A DNA stretch of 64,000 bases from Trichoplax adhaerens (Eukaryota; Animalia; Placozoa). The stretch is taken from contig NW_002060945.1 in assembly GCF_000150275.1 (NCBI RefSeq), forward strand, positions 9,316,011 through 9,380,010, read 5' to 3'. Position 1 is the stretch's first letter, and every line of letters begins with the position of its first letter. The notes under the pieces are model-generated. The model was given only the letters and a program-made list of their open reading frames with translations, did not search any database and had not been told where the DNA came from. Positions 28,701-43,700 of the stretch are shown here, piece after piece. A program made the position numbers and the translations under genes.

Positions 28701-31700
28701 CAAGTCTATGCATAAGTAGTAGAAATTTAAGGCAAGAAAGTGCATACTCAACACAGCTTTACTTTTCTATCGTCATTTTAATTTAAAACTGATGGATTCG
28801 ATATATATATTTAGCCACGAATAGCATGATACTGTTATTGCAGTATCGATCTATGCACAAAGAGTAGATAAATTAATTAAGGCAAATAAGTGCATACTCA
28901 ACGCAGCAATAATAATCTTGATTCTATTTAGGTATAATAGATGAAATTTATCACCATGAAATTGCCGGTAAAACCATCAGTTTAGCAGCATCGACATTAC
29001 CGCCGTTGATCGATACCGTAAGCCAAGAATTAAGCAAAGATGTAGTGAAGAAAATTATTGAAACTATTCAACGATTAACTTGGAAAATGGAAGCTGCAGT
29101 TGAATGCGAAAACGGCGATAGCCCAGTGATTCATTCCATCATTTTCACGCCAGTTAGGCAACAACAATTAAATTGGGCTATGCTTCCTGAGCCATCTTGT
29201 GGCAGCAGTAGGCAATCTGGTCTACGAAGTAGTTTTCATTTATCATTGCCTTATCCAACGGATGATATTAGCGGAAAAGGTGATATCCTGACATCGCAGC
29301 CACCTTTATTAGATCCAAATCATGTCGCTAATACCGATGGCCTTCCCGATCCAGCAAATTTATCCATCACATCCGACGAGAAAAGCTCCAACCATAGCAA
29401 GCAAGATACGACTATTCAGCCTCCCAGTGTTGCTATAGCTGATCGATCTACTATTGTAAATCATGATGACGATGATCGTAATCGATCAACAGATCAAAAT
29501 GAGACTTTTCCTGACAGTCACCAAGAACAGAAACGTAGCTGTCATGATGTCCCATCTGCCACTCGATTACAAGGAAATAACGAAGATTTATCAGCTCATA
29601 TTCTTCCTTGTAACATCAACATTAACAAGAAGAAAAGTTTAGACAAAGTTATCGATACAAAAGAATTGAAATTACCACCAGAAAGCGAAGTTGCAGATCC
29701 ACCTTTAAGCCCTATCTGCCATCCTAGAATCCCTAGTATCATCCTAATGAAACAAAGTTCTAGCTTAGATGTGGTGCAATCAGTCTCTGGCAATGGCAAA
29801 GTATCCAACGAATTCAACATCACTTCCGATGATATAGATAGTAATTCACCGACTTATATCCATAATAGAACCTGTTCCTTCGATTCTGTTCATGCTAATC
29901 ATGTCTTGACATTAGCTCGTGATAATTCAATGTCTAAAGTGATGGAGAATAATAACAAGTTGACCTATCGAAAAATTGGCCGTGAAAAATATTTAACCCT
30001 AAGACCGCTATCGGATGTGCGCTCATCGGCAGTCATGACCCAAGAAGATTTGACCAAATTAGGCTTAAAAGTGGACCTATTAGGACAAGTGGATAGCCAA
30101 TCGATCGATAACGAGATTAATAAGACTACAACGACGTTAGATATTAATACATCCACTGTTTTTCGACAAAGTTGTGCCGATATGGTACAATTATTCAGCT
30201 CACGGAAGCAATTAAGCCGCGTTAACGATGATGTCGAACCGCCAACCATGAAACGAATGAGTTATCATTCCAGCCAGGAATTAACTATACCGCTTATTAT
30301 TCATAAAGATTCTATAGAATCACAGAAAGAAGAAGAGAAAGAGGAAGAGAAAAGCCAAGGCAAAGAAGGGAAAAAAAATCTACAACTAGAAATTAGTCAG
30401 CCTCAATCGGAAGAATCCAAGCTACCTGCTGTTGACCAGGACATGGGCGAATCCCCCAAGCAATTATCGGTTTCATTATCGGATAACACGGATAAATTAA
30501 TTGCCAGTATTTCACAGATACAAGAAAATTTACAAGTCCTAAAACAAGGTAGAATTAGACTTCATTTTTCATTTCTATGTTGTGTCGTAATTTAATTTTG
30601 CCTACAAGCAATCAATAGCTGTCAGAAATATTTAGATTAGACAGGATTATAGGATAGTAGCAATCAATGAACCATACAGTATTTCGTTGAGAAAGTACCA
30701 AATCATATTAGCTCATAGATTATAAATTATTTATTGAACAGATTTATGGATTACTGTTTGCGTAGATTACGTACAATTCTCTACCTAGGCCATTTCTAGA
30801 ATAATGTTATAGAATCCTACACGACTTGGAAGATTCATCATGAATTTGATGTACTGTCCAATATTATTACCATTTTAACCCATGATGACAATAACAATCA
30901 AAAATCTATCATGGCTGTTCATCTTGCTCTCAAATATTATTTTATATGATTAGATGTGAATTGATTTGCGAATATATTACTATAATCCACCCTCTCAATT
31001 CAAAATGCCTAATGGAAATGGACTATATCCATTAATTTATTACCTATCATAGACATGCTCTTTAATTTAAACTAAGATACCGAATTATACGCGTACATAT
31101 TCAGCCAGTATACGATATGGTTATTCAATTCTTATTTTCCGTTATAGCATCAGTTTCTATAATGATCATATCGAAATTGTTGAACGCCATAGTTTAGCAA
31201 TTTTGATTAACAACAGCTTCATTGTAGCTTTAACCAGGGTAGTAAATGAATATATAGTTCGAATAGAATACCTAAATGATTTGCAATGTTAGTTTCCGCG
31301 TTGGTTGAATAGGATATATTTTGAAGTCCGTATATTTCGACCACAATAGTTTACTAATCAAAATTACCATCAACAACTTAAATATTGGTTTTAACCTGGA
31401 TAGTGAATGATATGCATCGAGCCTCGTTGTGTGAGATATAGCTGTGCAATCCTGTTTCCAATAATGGTTCGATTTTATGATACACAGGGTAATATTATCC
31501 AATTAGAATCATCGAGTATGGTAGTTTATTAGCCATAGTAGATAGTAGTTTTATTTATACCAGGACGGTCATCAATCATGCTTTGTGATAAAGTAAATGT
31601 CGTGACACTTAGGAAACAGAAAATAGTAGAAAATCGAACCTAACTCACTATACTGTCCTCGAGTCTAAATCACAGCGAGACCGTAAAAATACCTTATTCT

Positions 31701-34700
31701 TTAGAACGTATAATTCAAAGCTAACAGAAAAGTGCCTACGGAACATTTGCATAGAAATCAGTTTGAAGACAAGTTTACTGAGGATTACTAGAATGAAATT
31801 AAATGTTTAACTATTTCAACTGCCTTACACTCGTTTAGTGATATAATTCTAGTATTTTAGCCTATTTCTCTACCAAATAAAGCTTACCCTTATCTGCGTT
31901 ACTTTATTTTAAATGCTTTTAAATTCATTTTATTAATTGATAATGGCTTCAAATATTCATATGAATCTGAATATTAATTAAAAATCGCATGCGGGCTAAT
32001 ATCAATTAAAGTGGGGTGTAGCTGTATGAACTTTATTTACTAGGAGTATTGGTAATTGAAAATCATCCAATCAATTTTTTCTACTATTATGTAAACTAGA
32101 GTTAACGATAGCTTCTAATTTAGCTGTAACCAAGATACTAAGTTTTTTTTACAATTGATCTAGAATATGAATGTACATTTAACGTCTGTAGTGGTAACAG
32201 TTTAAAAATAAAGCATTTTTGGCTTGTTGTTGAAATTTTTAGATACTCCTTTGCAATTAAGTGTCACGCCAATATCTGTACGAAGTATGGGTAACTTTTC
32301 CAATATTTTGCAGCGTGCTCTACCTAAAAAAGTTGGCCAATCTGTATTTAAACATCGCTTTATCGTATACGAAATTAAAGTAACGACAATCTTGCCAGGG
32401 GTAAGTTCTACTTTATATTAATTATTATATATTTCTTGCACCCCACCTAACTGGACAGTTAAGATAGTTATAAGGTTTCCATATAATAAGCTATCAATGA
32501 ATTGACATTTGTAAATACTGAAGACTACTAGCTGCATTCTTTTATCGCCCTAGTCTATAGCTTTATTATCATCCTAACCTTAATTTGTTGGAAAATTTTA
32601 TTAGAAATAATCGATCGAAACTCAATGACGTAACAATTAATAATTATGAATAATCTAAATAATTGATGATCCCAGCTATTAAAATGTATAATGACGAAGA
32701 TAGCAATCATGACGCCTATATAGAAATACAAATTCGTATTGGATAGGATAGGCTACTCCAACAGAACGGAATTAACAGTATAGTACCTTTCAACATTCAG
32801 TGGATGGAACTAAAGCTATGCTATAAACAGCATTTGTTTGCGGTAGTCATGGATGTTATTCGACATCGTCGTCAGTTCGTGGGATTTTAATCCAAAACAA
32901 CAGTGCCATTCGATATATAAAAACCATGATTTAAAAAGTAGTCAAGTTAAGCTGTAGTTTATCGATTTATAATATGATTATTTAAAGCAATCAGCGATAA
33001 AATAGAAGAATATTTCGTTCCCTTGCTTCTTACAACCGCTGAACAGAGTGTTTAATGGAATTATGGAAAGTATACAGTAGAATGAATAGAAGCACCGTAG
33101 CTTACAAGCGGTAACTAAATAAACAACAGTATTCTACTAAATGGAAGGACCAAATTGTATTTCATAAGATAAGCAGTGGTCCTAATTTATGTTAATTAAG
33201 GATATAATTTATGTACGATGACTCAATGGAGGTAATTAACTAGCATACAAAGCATTGAATATGAGTCATGCTCAATTAATTCGCCATTAAAGAATCAATA
33301 TATTGTAAACATAATAGTCTTTAAATGTCCATAAAGTACTTTTAAGCGAAGCCATTGCTTGTACAGTACTTTAGACGAGGATTGATGAAATCTAGTCTCT
33401 ATATTAGCGATACAAAAGTTCTACTGTGCTCGTTATCAACATTATTCTTATTTATTAAAGCGGTATCATCCTTACATAACACAGAAAATTTTCTTTTTGA
33501 GATCATTTGTACCATTTTTTAACCCCTTTGATTGCACGTTATGATTTCCAAATTCATAAATTGAGTACAATTTAGCAGAATAATATAAATTTCAATATCA
33601 TCAGTATAATCTCAACAATAACAAATCAGTTTTGTATTCAGTGAGGTAAATAGTGAAAGAGTCGATAGGATACTAGAGTAAAAAAAGCTCCATACGTTGT
33701 CAATTTGTCATGGTTACAGAGAAAATCAGACAGGAGCTGGATAGTTGATAACATTTTAAATTTGGTTCAATCTTAAAATCTTGAGCTATATCTAGATAGA
33801 ATGAAGCGGAAATTGAATTGATTAACTTATTAATGCTATCGCTATGCAATATACCATCGCATAGTATGTAATAGCAAGAAAAAAGTAACTTGACTAATCG
33901 ATCATCTCAATCGATTTATGATTACGTCTGACTTTATCTCCACGATCGCCATTAATTTAATATATGCTATCGCGTTGACTATCTACATCTGCCGCTTGTT
34001 ATAAATTCAATTGAATCTTTCTTTAATAGATGTAATGAGAAGAATCTTAGGCTGCAGTAATAAAGTTACGACAATAGATTACTTATTGCATAACAATATC
34101 TCGTGACCAACATCTGTCAATAATTAAGTAGTCCGTATCGCGTCTACTGACAAGTTTACCAGTCTGCTGACATGGATACCGTAATGGAATGCTATGGATT
34201 CCGAATAACATTAAAATAGTTGAAAATCAAATCAACATAGCAGATGACTATTTCAATTCTCTAAATTGACTTGTAATGAGTAACATTTATTGACAAGCAA
34301 GCAGTAATTTAGATGAAGATTGGTGATAGAGTATGATAAAAGAATAGCTGATGAGTCATCAGTAGAGATTATCCTACTTGTATTAGCGATCTTAATGTTC
34401 ATGATGGTGATTGATTAATGAGTCAGCTAGTGGTAATTACTAATCATTACAGTGATTCAGGGTGATTATAATTTAAAATGAAGTAATTTAATTAATCTAA
34501 CCGATGTTGATTGATAAATTTACTGTATTTGATGAGGTGAAAATGAGTCAGAGGGAAGCCTTCCTTTATCATTTGTTCCCTACAAAAGTGGAATAATGTA
34601 TCATCCTCTACATAAACTTTTATGAAAGGTTTCATCTTAAAACAAATCAAAGCTTTTATATGTTGATTATTGATCTTACAAATTAATTAAAATCGAAGTA

Positions 34701-37700
34701 GACTACTTCAGATCTCTCTAAAAAATCGCTCTCTTACTGGTATAAATCTGTTATATAGCGCGTTAGCATCAGTAATCAGGATATTTCTATTCAACGACCA
34801 AAATTAATTATACTGTATGAAGGTTGTTATATAGTAGTATTAGCAGTTAGCCATCCTACGGAACCTTGGGCATATCTATTTCATGGCGAAAAGACTGGTC
34901 TGGATTTGCACACCTTCTGCAGATTACCTATAATAATATCTATGTCATTGGCAATTTTAAAGCCAAATTTATTTCTGTCAATTTAAGATAGTTTGTCTAC
35001 CGTGTACTGTATACCTCGTCCTATACTCATGGAACATAATCGATCAAGAATATTTTTCATGCTGCTAAGCATGAGCACCCTTCCATCCGTTAATAATATT
35101 ATTTGGTCCTGTTTATGTCATCAGATACAAGATATGGTATGTCTAACATTGCCATAAAATGAGTTTCAGTGAGCTTTATACTTGTATTTAGCTCTGCTGT
35201 CCTATACATAGCTATTCATAACAGTATTAGAAGTAGGACTTTTATGATTTACTAGTGCAAACTCCCGTCGCTTTGCTGACGGTTTACGATAATGTGCTCA
35301 TTTAACAGATAGTATTACCATTTGATAGACCTGTCAAATGTTATCATCAGTATTTCAGTTGTTGAACTCCATTTTTAGACAAGTACGGTAAGAAATATTT
35401 TGAGTTAGGTTATGGATTTATGCCGGTTTAAATGCCTACATTATAATTCAATTAGGCTTTCTGTTTATTCGCAACGACGAAAGATTTTCTGTGTATGCGT
35501 AATCTTCTATCGGACGTATCGAAGATAAAATGCATCGATATCCTAAGTTTAAATTTTTATTAGAATTTCGAACTTCATTGCAATTTAACAGTAAAAATGC
35601 TTGACATACCATTCTATAAAATTGACAGATAGCTCTTAATAGCCGAAGTACACGTAAAGTTCTGTAGCGTTTATTAGCTTACTAAGTTAATACCGCTGCT
35701 TTTTCAATTTTTCATCCGGGTAAAGAAGGGATCGAAAAGTTCCTGTTAGTATTTTGTTGCCATGGTCGAGTAGAGAAGCATGATGACGTATAATTAGAAT
35801 CACGTAGACATACATTGTTAGACAATTCCTTTCAAAAGTGTAAATGCTATACAGTATATTAAACATACGACAGAAGTTTTATTCTGTTTTATTGCAATCT
35901 ATTTGCAGATAAAGTAGAAACACCTATTGGCTGATATAGGTATTTCCTCTTAATTATTTTTAGCAAATCTTCGACTATACGATAGTTTGTAAGGAGGCAT
36001 TTACATCAAGTATACAAAGTACAGTTTATACAGCAAGATCTAATTTATACGCCTATATTTAGACCAAATTTTTGGATTATTTTTGTTTGCAATCATCACC
36101 TATACCGTGCGTGCATTTAGATCATATTAACGTTATTTTAGTGTTTCATTTTGCAGTGTGAGTCTGCAATAATGGAAGAGTTATCTGGGTAATTTAATAT
36201 AATCGTTCTATTTGCACTACATTTGCATATTGAGTCTATATTCATATCATATCATGATTATTTTTCCTCTATATAATTTGTAATACGTAATAACCTTATA
36301 TAAAAATTTGGTCTGAATAACATCCATGAATAGTATATAATATGGATACATATCGCTCGTATTCCACATATTAGTGTATCAAATTCTATATATGATATCT
36401 CCTACGTGGCAGAATTCTATACAAATACTTCAGCTCTATATTTATGGTACAATATAATCAATGCATGCTATTTCTGGATCATTGTGCGGAAATATTTATA
36501 TCGACTAAATATTAAGATCTGATACATATATTTTAGTATTTTTGGGGCTTATGGATTGTATTTAGTTTATACTTATATCATATTTTTCCTATTTATATAC
36601 GACGCTTACGTATAGTGCGCGTTGAACTACTGTTCATTACTATTTGCTCTATTTCGGTATTCAAAATACAGCAATAGTATAGGATAGTTATCAGTTGTCA
36701 CCATGATCATCTAATTTAAAGTACAAAGTATGAAATTAAGACGGGTCGCCTATAAGAGTATAGCAAACACGTTTGATTGATATTTATGAAATCGAACCTT
36801 GTACAGTATAGTGATCGACACCGGATAATGAATCAATTTTTCAGATACTGCAGGTTCCTAGAGTAAATGATCCATTTTAGAACTCTTCAGACAGACTTTT
36901 GGATGGGCAAACCCAAATTTCTCCTCATTTTGCTGAAAGTCCTGTTTTACCCTAGTTACAGCCTTCATTACTATTTAGATTTGCTAAGTATAATTCTGTT
37001 ATTCGGGACCTTGGCTTACAGAGTACATGGCATCGGTTAGAGGAATTTTTGGATTGAGTAGTTCCTGACTGATTACAGTATACAACACATCTAGTTACCT
37101 AGCATTTTTTATTGTCGGTATGTTATCCGATATACAGTGCTACGTTATATACTAATAAATATCCCGGCGAACTTAGGTTTGGATAATTTCCTATAATTGA
37201 TAGTATTATGTACTATTAAGTGTCTGTACGCCCAATTTGATTGTTACAATTTACAATTTATTATTTTTTAATACAAGGTCGATTTCTCGCTCGTTCTACT
37301 TCATATACTATACTTGTACCTTTTACTTGATAATATCTTATTTATCATTTTAATATACAGATTATTCTTGTTGATTCTAACATGGGAACAATATAGCATG
37401 GTAAATTTATTAAATCAATCACATCACAAAAGTTTGATTGATTAAAAGCTAAACATAGACAAGTAAACACTAGCTTGCCTGTATGATTATCCTTAAAATT
37501 GAATAGACCCGTAAATAACATTTTCTCTTGAAAAGAATTCAATATCCTATGTCTTTGACTAGGATATTGGACTAATATCGTAATGCTAAAGACTTTACAG
37601 CCAGAGTTGTGGCGTAATCACTTTTCGTCATGAGAACCAATAGAAAATGACCATATCCGAACTCTATTGCAACAGAGTGTAGTATCATGCTTCTTTATTC

Positions 37701-40700
37701 TGACTGTAGAATAATTATTGCAATGGCTACCGCGTTAACTGCTGATCTTATTACAACACAATGCAGGAATAGCTAAACGTAGATAAATGAAAGAGAAGAA
37801 CTGTGGTCAGGCATTATTATTCCACAATACTCTTAATACAAGTTGTATTTTCTCGCCGTTTAATGGCTCTGATGCTAGACAAATATTGTGCTGGTAGTAA
37901 TCATTACGTTTAATCAACGGCCATAGTAGGGTAATGATAACAACTAAGACAAATATAGACAATCAATAACAACGATATTAAAACTATGCAGTTATTGGAA
38001 GATATTAGTCCTATAGACTAGCCAATACTAGACAGGCTATTTCATTCAGTGAAATGCAAAAGACTTTAAATCTTAAGCATGAATATTGTATCCAGACGAT
38101 ATGAAAACAGACAAATATAGGGCTAGATGAACCAATAGAAAATCATTTGAGAAACGTTTTCTCCTATTTAAGACATTGATTTATCATTTCAATCTAGGCC
38201 CAAAGTCTATCCTATACTATAATAAGAAAATTCAAGCAAATTTGCAAGTTGTACGATAAACTATCCAAAATTGACCATGAAGGTAAGAATTGTCATCAGA
38301 AAAATCAATGTCTCTTCACTATCAAGATTACAAGTAGGACTATAATTGTTGTTGAATTATGTTGTCAATATCGTCGTGTACAATCATCTCTAATTATATA
38401 ATATTCATGATGTCTGCTTTGTCATTATAAAACTTTGTCTCTCTATTAATCGATATTAGCATCAATGCTTTACTGTTATGATATGAATAAATATAGACAA
38501 CGATTAAAAGAATGCAAACTACTATATATTTAAGGAAAATCGTCTGTCCATTTTTAGTCTATCTAATTGGTTATAGTAATCTTGCTTTCCTAAAAAGTAG
38601 CATAAACTCCTGGGTATTGTAAAACTATTTCTGTTACAAATTAAAATTGCCTACAAGAGTAGTCATTAAGTACGACTGCTACAAGGATTATTGCCGTTCG
38701 TTCTATTATTCCTACCCCCTTCCCGTAAAAAAGAAATTATCAGCTACTAATCAAGAATCATCATGTCGTTCGATACAGGGCCACTACCAAGTAAGCCAAT
38801 TAAGCGATTTTTCAGCAAAGACAAGCAAAAGCAACTGCAAAAGGTATAAAATTGTATTAGTTTAAAATCGATTCAATGTTAAAAGTTTGTCACTTTATGC
38901 TAGTATATCAGCTATAGCTATTTTTCTCTTTTATTCAACTATATATAAATTGACAGTATTTTGATTTATTGGCTCTTAATTTACTGATGCCAATTTAGTC
39001 TCACGAATAGAACTTTTTAATAAAGATTAAACTATTCTAAGCGATAGGTATTGATAATCATTATGCACTTGTGGCCTTCATTTTTTATTGCCTAAGTGGA
39101 TATACGTAAAACTCTGGCAATCTGGAGTAGTTTGGAATGACTAGAATTAATCCTAGTCTTTATGTGCTTGAGCTCTTGCCTTTTTTTCCATTTTGGCCTG
39201 AATAGATTACAGCTACGATAATTTAGAGTACTTTTGAACGATAAATGTTGTTCATTATAGTTATAGTTTATTAGTCTACACCTTCTAGCTGCCAATTTTT
39301 AAACGGATATAAAAAGTTGCAATAATCTATGGGACGGAAACTTTTTAACGTTAACATCGGCATTATGATATAAAATTCAGTCCGATGTTTGATATTTTCA
39401 TTTTTCAGCTATCTGCTCGTAATATTACATGACTGGATACTAAATTAAAAATTAATCATCAGTCTTTAACATCAAATGAGCCCTATTAATTTTCATTCAA
39501 TCAGTCTTATTGAATTGAGTAGATAATTTTTATTCTCAATACTTGGTGTTTTGAACTTGTTTTTTTCTAATATAATTGAGAAAATACATCAATCTTGTTA
39601 AAATTTGGAAATAAATTTTCTTCAAGACATTATCTAGGAGTGGAATTAAAAATAGAAGTTTAAACTAGTCATTTTAATATCCTGATTCTATATTCAATTA
39701 GGTTGAAGGCATCCTCAAATTTGTTACCTCCAATCCGAAACTTCGAACTAGTGATTGCGTAGTCGAATTTCTAATGCCAGATCAACAAGCAGACCGTATG
39801 TTTGAAATAGAAAATCTTACCATCTTTGTATATTTTCTTGATTTATGGCTGCATAAAAGTAGCTGTCTAGCTCATCATAGATAATGGTCTAATGTTTCTC
39901 TACTTTAACGATTTGATACCATAATAAGTTACATTTTTTAATATAAAATTTCCCATTAGGTTCTTATGACGAAGCTAATTTAGAACATCGTGCATCATCG
40001 GCTGTGGATTTATACAATGTAAGCTTTATCTTATATTTTTAATTTAAAAGTTATGATTCCTTCAAAGTGTACAGAATGATAAATAGGGTTAACGCGTAAT
40101 TTTATTTTCTTATCATAAAACTCTGACTGAAATTTTATGACCTATTTCCATTTAACGATGTATAGCTTAATGTATTGTAATTTAATTTTAAAACAAAATT
40201 TTACCGATGCCGTTTAATAGATGATTGTAGAGGATAAAAGCTTTCATTTTTAGTAGTCATGTACCTGATTAGCTTATTGTATTAGATTTAAAGTCATATT
40301 TATTCCAATGCTACATATCCATACTCTCTTTTTCTTGCTAGTATATTGAAGAAGTACAGTTTTAATTATAACTGGTTATGAGCCAGTAGCCATTTCTAGA
40401 CTTGTATCTATCGGAGATAAATAGAGTAAATTGTCAGCAAAGCCGTCAATTCGATGCTAGTATTTCCAGAATTTCTCTACATTCTTGACGTATATCCTCT
40501 AATTTACTAGCTTCCTTTGTATCGTTATTTAATTCTTAAAAATTTTATGCTATATTAACTACATCATATTTATACTTTTAGAGCATAACTCCGTAATTGA
40601 TGTTCGGATATTAGTATAGGCTTATCTCGTTGTGGTTTCTATTTCTAATAAACCAATGTCAGTCTAATCTGAATGCTAATACATTATAGATGCAATTTCA

Positions 40701-43700
40701 AATTTATACATTGGTTTATTCTTTCCTAGTATTTTTTTATTTCTTTAACTCCTAATTTTTTATTTTACCTATATTGTATTTATAAGGCATTCTAATGCTT
40801 TATTTCCTGCTAGCCAGGACAACGCGTTTTCTGTTCGTAAATATTAAATTTTTTTTTGATATCGGCGATTAGATTACTCACGCTAATCAAAAAGCTTTAT
40901 TAAATGTTGCGGCTTCCGTAAATATGCGATCACCGTCTTCCTCTCCAAGTAAGTTGTTAAGCAATAACTATCACTATAAAGTACTAGTTCGGTAAAATTT
41001 TCACTCACTTAATATAAAGAATAAAGATTTTGCTGAATTAGTACTTATTAACATAATAAAGAAGTCTACTTACCGATGAGCTTTTATTTATAATATTGTT
41101 ATTAAATGGATATTAATTTCTTTCGTGTGTAGTTTACGATAGTTATCAACATAGCAATAGAAAGAAAGTAGGATTTCGAAGGAGTCTCTTATTAAGATAA
41201 GAAGACTTTCTTCTGAATTTCTAACAAGAGGGGCTTTAATAAAGACGATAGATTAATCCGGTTTTTAATTAGTTTTTCTATCATCGTAGTGATTATAATA
41301 TCTACCTGTAATAATTATCTTTTCAATAAGAATAAGCTTGCGCAAGAGAAAATTAAATCTACAAATTTAAAAAAATAATAAATATAATTAAGCACTAAGA
41401 TAGGTTCATTAATTAAAATCGTAGGCTTTTTATTCAGCTTCAACACATTTTCATGCACGTTGCTTTTGCTTAGACTTTTTAACACATGAGAATAGTCTTA
41501 TTTAGGTATACCTATATCACACTCGAAGCTGTAATATTATCATTGTATATTTAGGAAATTAGAGTTGCTGATTTTACACTAAACTACGGTAGTACTAAAA
41601 AATGACTATATTCAATCACAACGTATCGCCTAGATTTGATCGGTCCAATAGATAAGCATAAGATATGCTTAAAGCTTTAGTTTTTTAAAGTGCAACTGAT
41701 TGATATATTTTTACTCATAACATAATGTTAATTAATTAATGATTTTGTTTTTTAATAAATCACGTAAATACCTTGCCATATATGGAAAAACAGAGATTCC
41801 AAGATGAAATTGATATTAAAGTATCGATAATTTTAATTACATCCATTATTCGTTTGTAGACTATAACTCACTCACTGATATGTAAATTAACGATATGAGC
41901 AAATTCAAGTTACCCAGGAGCCACTATAAATGCGTCTTGGAAAAGAAGTATACGTAGTAAAACTATCGATCATAGGAAACAATCATCCATATTGTTGAAA
42001 ACTAATTTATAATAGATTTTGGGTAATTAATCTCGAAGGAGTCCCTTATTTTTGGATAATTCTCATGTATGAGCATTCTTAAAATTTTCACATGCAAATT
42101 TTACACCTCTGACAGAAACTAGTAGAATAGAGTTTTACACTTGAGTATTGTTCGATGACATTAAGTAAATTATATAGTGGGTAACTTAATCCTATATGAG
42201 CTAGTTATGGTTTTAATTATTTAACGATGGGATATTAAAAATAATCACTAAAGAATAATACTGAAATCTAAATATGAAAGCAATATTTTACTGTAAAAAA
42301 GTGATATACGATGTTCATAGTAATAGTTAAATTTAGACAGATAGATATAAATTATCAATGATGATGATACCAATAAAGAAATTGTGTTGATGATTAATAA
42401 AGTTAATACGATGATAACAGCAACGACAACAATAGTAATGATACGTGATATGATGATGGATTAGTATAGATAATTGGCCGTGTGTCTGATATAAAATTTT
42501 ATCACAATGAGCTATATTGATATTATTTTAATTTTATAATCTTGTATCTATTATTAGATATTAATTCTTGTTTTTTTTACTCCAATACAAAAATATCAAA
42601 ATATAGGACAATCACCGATTATTTCCCAAAGATTCTTTACACGTCGAGGTTCAGCCACTCCTAAAGCTACTACTGCGAAAGAAAATCAAGATGTTGTCTT
42701 TAAAGAAGGTAAATAGCAGTAAACCAGAAAATGCTCAATAGTAATTTTATATTTCAATCTTGATTTCAATACAAGTATATTCGGCGTACTGTGAAAGATT
42801 AAAGTCAAAGTTTTTTGATGAGGATAAATACGACTTCAGTAAAAATTATTATTTTTTGTGTTTATTATTGTGATTTGATGTGATCTATTAGTCCTATATT
42901 TCTAAAAATGATTATATGCAAATATAAAAAAAAGAAATGCAAGTAAAACAAAATTGATAAATATCATTTTATCTAACCAGAGGATAAACCAACTATGATT
43001 CTAACATGGAGGAAAGATAAATATATTGTAGCAGCTGGAACTATCGAAAAATTAGTTGAACAATTGACCTGTGAGGACAGTGCAGGTAAAATGTGATAAA
43101 AGATTAATGCTTTGCTATACCAGTTATTAATTTCCAATATTAAAAATAGAAGTAATAACTTACAATAAATAGAATTAAAACCTTGTTATACTGTGAGCAT
43201 TTGTAAATTATCGTGCATTGAAATAAATATGCCAAAAATTATCTTCTGTTGTTTTATGTAGACGTCGGCTATGTTAAAGCTTTCCTTCTTGGCTATCGAC
43301 ACTTTGCTAAACCGGAAGCAGTACTACAAATGCTGCTATCTCGATATCTTTAATATACTATGTATGAATTATGGATTACTTGCATAAATATAACCACAGC
43401 ATTAATTAATATGTAGCTAGAGTTGAGTTTGTGTTAGCTTATTGAAAATTATACCCAGGTCGAAATTATTTGGAAGACAACTACAATATTAGAATTCGAT
43501 AAATGAAAGATGATTAAAGATATTATTGCTCAGACTTTGAAACCTACATCAATTACAGCGGAATGAAATATGAAGTAATTTGGTAGAACTCTAGCACTTT
43601 TGTCCTTTCTTAGAGATACTTATGATGTATAGTGTTATTTCCTTCCAATTACTAATTTAATAATTGGCTAAGCTAGAGCACGTAAACTTTATTCTTATCC

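Noticed and set aside
29596-30249. Antisense ORFs 29596-29823 and 29965-30249 (likewise 44142-44671, 45868-46107 and the alternate-frame ORF 62503-62790)
   Set aside because: Shadow ORFs overlapping real coding exons.
38647-38865. 72-aa ORF in the track
   Set aside because: The real exon (38779-38843) is read in a different frame (GPLPSKPIKRFF...).
41790-42012. Possible extra RasGEF exons between exons 8 and 9
   Set aside because: No convincing phase-compatible acceptor/donor pair; 40948 joins 42607 in frame without them.
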